A DNA stretch of 63,847 nucleotides, counting the filler, from Collodictyon triciliatum (taxonomy: Eukaryota): NCBI GenBank assembly GCA_043381765.1. It is 16 parts of 16 records of this genome, joined end to end, with 100 filler letters (N's around TTAATTAATTAA, not from the genome) between each part and the next. Parts side by side here need not be neighbours in the genome. Positions count along the whole stretch, not along the records: positions 1 to 3,977 come from JBHJMP010006643.1; positions 4,078 to 8,053 come from JBHJMP010006644.1; positions 8,154 to 12,129 come from JBHJMP010006645.1; 13 more parts are not named here. One strand, written 5' to 3'. The translations under genes and the position numbers were made by a program. Positions 1-9,421 of the stretch are shown here, in pieces (the first letter of the stretch is position 1; each line of letters opens with the position of its first letter). The notes under the pieces are model-generated. The model searched no databases and had not been told where the DNA came from. It saw only the letters and a list, made by a program, of their open reading frames with translations.

Positions 1-97
1 TTTTGTGTGTGTGTGTGTGTGTGTTTTGTATTTTGTTTTGTTTTGTTTTGTTTTCTTTTTTTTTCGTTTTCTTTTTTTTTTGTTTTCTTTTTTTTTT

Positions 98-129
<32 letters not shown>

Positions 130-214
130 CTTTTTTTTTTTTTTTTTACTTTGATTACTCAGATGATGTTAAAGAACCATTAAATTAGTTTATTCATGAT
201 TTCTATGCGTATAG

Positions 215-328
215 TGCGGGCAAGGTATTTACACTTGGGCCAACGGTGTGAGTTTTACTGGCGTTTGGGATCGAGATGTCCGAGGAGATGGAGAGTATGA
301 ATATCCTGACGGAGTGAAATACACATAG
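215..328 (+). CDS. Exon of a MORN-repeat protein (partial gene)
   Basis: After the acceptor tatag the frame reads CGQGIYTWANGVSFTGVWDRDVRGDGEYEYPDGVKYT*, matching the MORN pattern GxGxYxWxxGxxYxGxW. A further exon is possible. Confidence 0.7.
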   Translation, partial: CGQGIYTWANGVSFTGVWDRDVRGDGEYEYPDGVKYT

Positions 329-659
329 CTTTTTCTGCTTCATTATGTCCAATGTAAATATTTAGTCAACCTCGAAGAAAAGATGGAAGTTATCCTCACC
401 TTTCGATCATGTGGAAACTTTCTATAAAGCTAATCTTCATGTTCAAAGAAATTAAAGAGAAATGAAATACCAATTTACTCAATGTGCCTTTTAGTTTCAC
501 ATGCACTGTTCCTTTGCTTGACACATATACTAATAACAAGTTATAAATGAAAAGAGGTTTTTGTGAGACTAGTGATTGGAATTTACATATATAAATATTA
601 CACGTTTGGAACAAATGCATACCATCTCGAATTATGTGTGATGATACAATGATCTAAAA

Positions 660-950
660 AAGCGCTGTATGTTTCACAATTGCAAACATTTAACATCTCG
701 CGCGTCCAGACAAGGGTCTGATATGCCGCAGAAAGTTTGGGTAGACTTGTTTTTGTCTGCCGTGAATTTAAGCTATCTTTGCTTCGTTTCAATCGTAAAA
801 TACTGACTAAACTAGGAGGGGTATACCAATCTTTCGATTGGCAAACCTGGTTCGCTAGTATCCAAGGTCTCACCACTTTTTTCAGAAAGGCAGTGTAGTG
901 GCGAAGACTGCCAGGAAAGACCCAACAGCCTTTTTTTTAAAGAAGGTTGT
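660..950 (-). ncRNA. Candidate Fanzor omegaRNA scaffold / element right end
   Basis: Lies at and just 3' of the Fanzor ORF end and is dense in stems, e.g. CCAATC-GAAA-GATTGG (841-826), TCGCCACT..AGTGGTGA, CAGAC-CCTT-GTCTG and ATGTTT..AAACAT. Boundaries are uncertain. Confidence 0.45.
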
Positions 951-2844
951 ATGAATATTTTGAATAATTGAAAGAACTTTCTTTAGTTTATTTTTAGCGC
1001 TGTTAAAGTCCCTTGTCAAGAATACACTTTGCATGCTTTCTGAGCGATTGCATTCTTTACATATGAGGCATCTATACAAACTTTTTTAATTCCTTTCGGT
1101 TGCATATATTCCAGTTCTTTTTCGCAGTTGCAGCACACCTTGGAGGTTCTAAATTCATCTACGCTAACTGTTTCAAAACGTTTGGATAATATTTTTCGTA
1201 ATCCTCTTCCGATTGTTGACATAAAATGCTTCATCAGACATTTTCTGCTCCAGTTCCCATACACCAGTACAACATCCTTGCCAAATGTCTTTTCGATGCT
1301 GTCCATAAACAACTGTTCACTTCTTTTTGTATTAACATACTGTCTCCATCTCATCTTTCGAAAAGTTACATGTTCATAAAATCTGGATAATTCTATCTGG
1401 CATCTTGGTTTCATAGATACATATTTTCGAAACTTTTCATAATCAGCCGTGCATGAATTATGTTTACTTAGTTCTGTCTCTAAATCCATTAAAGATATTC
1501 TTGATGCCTCAAACCGCTGATTCTCTGAAAAATCCTGTGACCAAAAGAAACAGCACTTTGTAAACCTGTTGCCATACATATCCCTGAATAATTGTACTTT
1601 TCTTTTTTCTCGCGCAAGAGTACTTTGTGATTTTTAAGAGATTTGCTATCATGTCTTGTTTGGTGTGCCGTGCAACATAATTTCTTACCTGTCTCGTCCA
1701 CCATGTAACTAAATTAAACTTGCCTGCATCCACTCCAACTATATATTTTTTAGTCGCTAATAAAGATAAATGCTCTTCGGAAAATTCATCTATTCATAGA
1801 TATATTCTTGGGGGGTTTTTTTTTATTATTTGATTTTGAATTTGAAATACCTTTCTTTTCAAACAATGATGGCACTGCCAAGCCGTCTGTTTGTATCATG
1901 AATATAAAATTGTAGTTTCTTTGATGTAAGACCCTCTTCTTCATTTCAAATAAGTCACCCCATAGTGTCTCTTTGCATCCTGATATATTCCTCATTAATT
2001 ATGTTTTTCCAGTTGATACTAATAGATCTATCAAACATGCAACATCTAGAGTAATATGGCACGGTATATTGGTTGTTCTTGTAGAGATTGGTTGAAACAG
2101 TTTGGTTCCAATGTCCTCAAAATGCGATTCATTTAAATCAGACTTGGAATGTACTTATTTGGATTGAGTTTGACGTCATGTTCGATACCATTTACAATAT
2201 CGCTGGGAATGATATGATGCAAATGCGTTATAGCCCATTCTTCGTATTGTTCCGGTATGTCGAGATTCTTGAAGATGACTCCCTTTTTAACTTTCGTAAC
2301 TCTGCCTTTTTAGTAGCTTCCGTAATATTCTCATCTTTAGGAACTGTTTGATTTATAAAGCGCAGTAACCTCTTTTCAAAATGTTCCTTAATGTTACTAT
2401 GATAAGCTGTTAACATTTGCTTCTCCAAGTACGGTAGTGCATGAGACAATCCAACCAATGGAAAGTGTTTTTTTGGGGGAGAAGAAATCGAAAAACATAG
2501 ATAAAAATTCATCAGTCAAATCTCATATCTGGTTGTTTTATAAATGCGAGTCTATCTTTTGAAACTATTCCGACTGTCTTTGAAACGTACAAAAAACCTT
2601 TCATCGATTGTTGGGAGTTGTTGTGATTTCAATATGTAACATCTTGCAAATAGATAAGTGTCGGCAACCAAATAATGACACAATAAAACTGTATCGTTGA
2701 TTTTCTCATAGTCATCCGCATTCTTTACAATCCGACTTTAGAGATGTTTTCAGATTTCAATAGTCTGGGTATACAGACTTTAGATTCTCAGACTCAAGAT
2801 GTTTTCTTTTCTCCATCTGAAAGTCTTTGTTTAACTTTTTCCAT
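882..2844 (-). pseudogene. Fanzor (Fanzor1-like, TnpB-derived RuvC nuclease) gene with multiple frameshifts and stops
   Basis: Collinear fragments in shifting frames: N-terminal KTSLKS..KINDTVLLCHYLVADTYLFARCYIL; YHSNIKEHFEKRLLRFIN; IQTDGLAV; RuvC-I GVDAGKFNL (~1710-1736); FRKMRWRQY; VLVYGNWS..GRGLRKILSKRF; VDEFRTSKVCCNC; CKEC; RuvC-III TRDFNSAKN. No introns evident. Confidence 0.88.
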
Positions 2845-2852
2845 TAGAAAAC

Positions 2853-2908
2853 TACCGAGTTTTCAATTTTTTCCTTTATTCGATTCAAAGTACCAAGCTT
2901 TCAATTTT
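2853..2908 (-). mobile_element. 20-nt LINE 3'-end micro-insertion (2871-2890) with 18-bp TSD
   Basis: Minus-strand insert CTTTGAATCGAATAAAGGAA lies between direct repeats taccgagttttcaatttt (2853-2870) and taccaagctttcaatttt (2891-2908), 16/18 identical. Confidence 0.8.
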
Positions 2909-3639
2909 AATAAAACTTCAGTCTATTAGTCAATCTAATAATTTAATATATACAGCTGCTTAAAATCAATTAAGGTAAAATTAAGCATATACTGAGACTC
3001 TCAAAATGTGCGCATTGCAGCAAACAAACCCACAAAGTTTTTTTTACAAGTGATGATTTGAGACGAAACGCTGAGAGTCGATTCGGCGAGTTCGAAAGGA
3101 CGACCGTATAGCCATTGTGACTGAAAGTCAACATATTGGCCCCAAGCAACATGATTACCGCCACAAGTGTGGATAGTATGCTTTTTGAAATTCGCGTTTG
3201 GTGAGAGGTTTATGGGATGAGTTCTGTCTGGGCAAAGACAACGGCTTGTTTGGATTTTTGGATTTTTGAATTAATATTACATAAATGGTAAATAAAGTAT
3301 AAATTGATTATAGGAATAGAATGAGATTATAAAGTATTTTGACCATATTATATATACTAATTATATTATTATATTATTCAGGTTGTTTCTTGGATTCATC
3401 AAAGCTCCTGCTTTCGTCAATCCAAATTTAATTCGATAGTTTTCTGTGCAATAAACTGCTATGTATGGGTGCACTTTCGTTGTATAAAAAGTATTGCCGT
3501 TTGAAAGGGATAAAACCAAGTTTGTCGCAACCTTCGTAATGAAGTTTATCCATTTACAGGTTGAATGAGACGGAAGAAAAAGGAAGGAAAAAAGAAAATG
3601 AAAAGGGAAAAACAGTGAGAAAGGGACTCTTTTAATTCC

Positions 3640-3977
3640 AATAATCTATCGAGTTTTCATAAACCACCAGGCGACATACATGCACAAATTTGAAGTTTGA
3701 GATTTTGCGATATAAAATCAAGGCGCTCTCTAAGCCACCCACGGAGGGAGGACTGGGACTCATAACGCCTGGCATTGCATGGACATCGCTCACGATGATA
3801 TGGTGGACAGATATCCTTACCCATCCGAAAGGGTTTCGGCAGCGTGGAATGTGGCACCTCATCCATCGCATATGCCCGAACTTCAAGGCACAGCTCTGTG
3901 AGAGCAGAATCCCATCACTCTCGCCAAACACGCCCGAGCCGCTACTAGCGCGGTGGAAGATTCTGTATGAAAACTGT
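3640..3977 (+). mobile_element. Non-LTR retrotransposon (L1/Tx1-like) ORF2 fragment, cut by the contig end
   Basis: LSKPPTEGGLGL matches the conserved post-RT motif LxxPxxxGGLG[LI] of L1/Tx1-clade ORF2. The region is intronless and more GC-rich than its flank. Confidence 0.7.
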
Positions 3978-4077
3978 NNNNNNNNNNNNNNNNNNNNNNN
4001 NNNNNNNNNNNNNNNNNNNNNTTAATTAATTAANNNNNNNNNNNNNNNNNNNNNNNNNNNNNNNNNNNNNNNNNNNN
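3978..4077. other. Artificial contig-joining linker N44-TTAATTAATTAA-N44 (first of 15)
   Basis: Identical linkers, with stops in all six frames, start at 3978, 8054, 12130, 16207, 20279, 24353, 28427, 32501, 36574, 40646, 44716, 48786, 52855, 56924 and 60991. Confidence 0.98.
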
Positions 4078-4301
4078 AAAATAAAAAACATAAAAAAACA
4101 TAAAAAAACATAAAAAAACATAAAAAAACATAAAAAAACATAAAAAAAACATAAAAAAACATAAAAAACATAAAAAAACATAAAAAAACATAAAAAACAT
4201 AAAAAACATAAAAAACATAAAAAACATAAAAAACATAAAAAACATAAAAAAGAGAAAAAGAAAAAGGAAGGGTAGGTTCAGTAATGAGTAAATTATATAC
4301 A

Positions 4302-4661
4302 TTTCTACAGCCTCTGGCGCTGGTCCGTTGGGTATGTGTCTCAGGTACGTAGATGGAACCCAGCCGTATTTTCCGTCGTAAAGAATTTCACACCAATCAC
4401 TAGTATCAGGCGTAAAATTTAGTGAATGAGTAATTGTTCTTATATTTACAAAATACACAAACTCAATAGCTTAGTTTCCTTGATATCAAATAACTAAAAT
4501 ATTCTTATATATTAAAAATCACCTTTGTCTGCTAATAATCTGCACTGTATTCCCTTCTTTAACACTTATTTCAGATGATGATGCAGATATGAAATCATAC
4601 CAAACTATTGTAAAAAGGAAAAATTAACAGTAACTTTCTTTTGTTAACCATTTTGAAATCG

Positions 4662-4717
<56 letters not shown>

Positions 4718-6760
4718 GTGAAAATCAACCTTGTGCAAACTGTCGTCCATGAGAAATCATATCAGGGGGGTGTGGAGCCTTTCTCGAAGGTATAGGAGCG
4801 CGTTCATGTTTCATGGCAATTTTTTCAAACATATTTCCTCGAGGCTTTCATAGAAAATTCAATATGTTGCGAGTAAAAATAAAGCATTAGAAATTAAGAA
4901 TCGTTTAGACACAAAGAGTAAAGATATATTTCATAATCTCAATGCAAGAGGATATACGAGTATATATCTTACGGATAGGGGCAAATTGCCATTATTTCCT
5001 GTTTCTTTTGATGCATTCTGAGGTGCTTTTGGTATGCTAGGCTGTTCTGAGCTAAAATGATGGGCTTTTGATCACATAGCACAAGCGTATCGTTTTATTT
5101 TCTTTCGCTGATAAATCAGAATATTGTTACACATATACATCGATACATCAATTTATGGATAAATCAAAAAGGAAAACAATTGATTACTCATTAAAGTCAT
5201 ATATTAATCCATTATAAGATTTTAGAGAAAAAACAAGTCGGATTACACTTTGGTATGGAGAGGTTGTACATCTTTTTGAAAATGAATATCTTTTTTGGGC
5301 ATGGCAGCAGTATAAATATGCGATTTCGAGCCGAGTATTGAACTATTACATAATCAACGCTTTAGTTTATAAAAATATTTGAATGTCAACGAGTTTCAGG
5401 AGCACACAATATTCAGCTTATGTGGTCATTATTTACTTTGAGGCATTTGGCTGACTTCCCGGTAGCCCAGCTCCGTGATGTTGGTTGGCACTCGGCTTGT
5501 ATTGGCTCTGTGTATCTTTATTCAAAATAATAGAGAAAATGAAAAGTATGAACATGAGTAAATGAGTAAATGAGTAAATGAGTAAATGAGTAAATGAGTA
5601 AATGAGTAAATGAGTAAATGAGTAAATAAAAGTGCTTTTAATACTCATCACACCATCAATTTTATTGGATACTTAACCTTGAAAGCAATCTCCCTAAAAA
5701 GTTGACTAAATTAATTTCTCATATAAAGGGGTTGACTTTCATCATTCCAATAGTACTGCAATACAAAAGACTATGAAATACCTCTGCTTTTGGTCCTTTT
5801 ACAACTTCATGATTGAAGGGAGCCTGTTGGTTTCTCAATGAATGAACAGGAGCTGAATCTTCAATTTTCAGGTTCAGAGAGGTCTGGGCACGTGACTCAT
5901 CGACACTTATGCCAGTAATAACTTGCTTACGCAAATCTGACTTGACTGCTAGAGAATTCAATGATACAGTAGCACGATTGGGCGGAGGAATCATTTTAGT
6001 TCCTATGCGCGGTTTCGATTGCGCTGCAGGTGGATTGAATGTTGGTGGTAATATTTCCACAAAATCAGGTGGAAACCATCCCACGCGGTCATCCAGTTCC
6101 CCCTCCCACCAGCCACTAAATTAAATTAATCCGTCTAAATCGTCAGAAAATATTCAACCCGATAAGCAAGAGCTCTCAAATCAACCGTGTGTGTGATACA
6201 CATGGGTAGATAATATGAACCTGGTATCTTTTTTCAGCAGAACAAAGACGATTCCTGCATCGAAGGTAAGCTCACATGATTCTTCCCCTGTTTATTTTTA
6301 TTTTAGAAATAAAATTACAGTTTGCATGTGTTCTTATTGCTTGGTCTTTTTGAATTAATTGTTTTGATTTCGTCCTAGGTCGTTCGTAATAAAGCATTTG
6401 GGTTGATAGATGGCAGTATACCTCTGTATGGATATATGGATCTGACATAGGTTGCCTGTTGTTTCATTCATTTATTGTTTTGAGAATAAATAAATTCTTC
6501 AGCGACTTTACTCAAAAAGTGATACATGTCAAGGGATGGTGGTGATATTACACGGTACTGAACGTCTGGGAAAAGGACTCGCCTTTACCTTGGGCTCATC
6601 TGCGATAAATAATCTCATTAAAATGCAGACATGTCTTGGTTATGAAATATAAGTATTTATGATGGATATATCTGACTTACGCTTCAGAGGCCTTGGAGAC
6701 AGTGTTTGATAAGGGCCTACTTTGAGGTACGTTTGGGTTAACGGTGATGCGATACGAGTA
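4302..6760 (-). CDS. Multi-exon protein with at least two SH3 domains and a Pro-rich linker (partial)
   Basis: Exon peptides ELTFDAGIVFVLLKKDT/GWWEGELDDRVGWFPPDFVEIL and VWYDFISASSSEISVKEGNTVQII/DWCEILYDGKYGWVPSTYL; GT-AG introns. Start and end not resolved. Confidence 0.8.
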
Positions 6761-6782
6761 GGTGCACAAAATGAACAAAACC

Positions 6783-6878
<96 letters not shown>

Positions 6879-7996
6879 TGAAATATACCCGTCGGTTGTG
6901 GGGCTTTCTAATATTTTATTTAATAAAAAAAGTTAAATTCAGCTGAAAAAAATGCAAAATGTGATTGATAAATGAAGGCGAACTGCTTAGTATATATAAA
7001 TAAATAAAGGAGGTTGAGAGTTAACATGGTATACTAAAAACTCTTACTGTCGCCGTATTGACTGAGTTCAATCCAAAGGAAACGTCTTTCAAATCAGTTT
7101 GAATAAATTATTTAAGACTTATTTTTATTTTTGTTGAAAAAAAAGGATGAAGTATCTATAACATACAACTGTTATATATGCACAAAAACTTAAAGACACA
7201 TATTTTTCAAGCCAAGAAAAAAAAACTAAGTAAACAAATATTAACAAATATAAACAAATAAATAAAACCTCGCCCAGGACCCAGAGGTCGACTCATCTTC
7301 GACTTTGTTCCTTGTCTGCGCACACGCGCTGGTTAGAAAGTGCAAGGCGGCAAAACGTGGGCATGGTTTCAGAACTTGTGGCGAGAGCAACAAACCAGTA
7401 CGAAGAAGAAAAGAAAAGGAAAGAAAAGGAAAGAAAAGAAAAGAAAAGAAACAAAAAGGAACAAATGGACTCTGTCCTAGGAGCTTCGTATAGTTCTTTT
7501 CTCTTTCCCGATTCAAAGCGTATATTTGTAATTGTCTTTTATTATTATTATTATTATTATTATCATTATTTTTTGAATACGCCGCTGATTTTGGTACCAT
7601 CTTTTTATTTTATTCTAACGAAAACATAATAAACAGGAAGGACTGGGAAGTTGGCCATGTTTGACACGGGCGAAAACAGAAGCACACAAAGCGAAAATAC
7701 GAAAGAGAGGGACGTCAATGCAAATGGTGATTCATGAGATATCCAATGTGGAAAATCAGATAAGGTATGATCTCTCTGATTATTTTGCTGATCGTTGTGA
7801 TAATTGTGCTGCGGGCTGCTTGTCTTTTTCGCCCCGAGTGCTGTCACTTGCAAAACGCGACGTGTCTTGCCAAAGCAGTCAGGCACTTGGCTGCTTGCCT
7901 TTTCCTTCCCATTCACAAGCCTTGGACAGAACTTGTCGAAGATGTAAATCCGGACACGGGCCTTCTTGGTTTTCCAGAAGCAATCTTCCCTGATCC

Positions 7997-8052
<56 letters not shown>

Positions 8053-9421
8053 TNNNNNNNNNNNNNNNNNNNNNNNNNNNNNNNNNNNNNNNNNNNNTTA
8101 ATTAATTAANNNNNNNNNNNNNNNNNNNNNNNNNNNNNNNNNNNNNNNNNNNNCCACTCCTAGCTTCTGCCGAGACGACCGACCAACGATTAAAAAAAAA
8201 AAAGAAATCAACAAGCGACCTGCGGATGGGGCACAAACCCAATGTTAGCCATTTACTGAAAAAAAAAATTAGCCGTTGTGCCATATCTCCCGATTTCGGT
8301 GTATAACAAATCCCTCAATGAAGCCAACCAGTCACATATAACATCCTCTCATCTTCAATTCATTCATGCAGGCTATCCTTGCCGATGTAAGATGGGTAGG
8401 CGCGGCGTTATGAGGTTCATTGGATGGCTCCGGCGCTCCATGCATCGTATATCTTTCTCATCATGGGATGGCTGAGGCTTGTAGCGCTCCACAGTTGGAA
8501 CCCGTCCTTGCTGAGAACTGAACCACAAATGGGAGTCACTACGTAAACTGATGAGGTTTTTCCCACGGTTATACGTAGTGCCGTATCCCGACTCGGTGGG
8601 GGCGGCTTCGTGGCTTCAGCACGGCTCCTGACAGTAGAACCTAATGTGGGATACAACGCACCCAACAGGCATGCCCTCATATGCATACTCTGCCCTCAAA
8701 TATCTTGTCCGCATCTTTCATCCGCTCTCTTTGTGGAATATTTCCTATTTTGGCATTCTGCTGCAAAATATACCTACAATAAATGAATCAAGTATTAGTA
8801 TAAACACATTTTGTTTAACTCAATTCTTCGTTATATGATAAGGCTATAATCCACATCGAATTCATATATGTGGAAAATGAAATATTTCTTCCATTATTTC
8901 ATCATCAGATGCAATCTATGATCAATTTTTTTTTTCACATCAATAATGAATCATCTATCATTCACTTCGAAAATATGCCATCGAAACCAATCTGACCCGA
9001 ATCCCTTTTCCATCCCTCATATAGGCACTGCTACCAGGCAACCCTTGCTGGACCCACGGACAAACTGCCCCTCACTCGGGCAACGCCTTTGTACATTATG
9101 TGCCGGGATAAGGCTGTATGCAAACTTCGGTAACGTTAAGCCTGGGTGATCAGGGTTATCCGTTTATTTAAGTTACGTACCCTTTCTTTCCGTCCTTATA
9201 AAGGCGGGTGGCTTCGACAACCGCTCGCCTCGCACGCTCGACACAATTTTTTGCCGCAGCCGGTCGGTCGCCAAGCAGTGTTGAGTATCGAGTCGACCTG
9301 CAACTGTCGTCTGTAACACGCAACCACTCGCACAAGCAACGCAAAGTGGACTCACGAGCACAATTGCACCCACGAGCACGCTCACACACCTACACACACG
9401 TACACACATGAGGGCCGATAA

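Noticed and set aside
3061-3105. Hammerhead-like words (GAAAC, CTGAGAG, CGAAA) upstream of the Fanzor gene
   Set aside because: The core lacks CUGANGA spacing and the flanking stems cannot be formed convincingly.
4022-4033. Recurrent TTAATTAATTAA motif at ~4.07-kb period
   Set aside because: Artificial linker, not a biological periodicity.
7605-8000. Overlapping ~100-aa ORFs on both strands
   Set aside because: No recognisable motif or supported exon structure.
8548-8580. Hammerhead ribozyme suggested by CTGATGAG
   Set aside because: No correctly placed GAAA or stem II/III; the motif sits within a simple hairpin arm.
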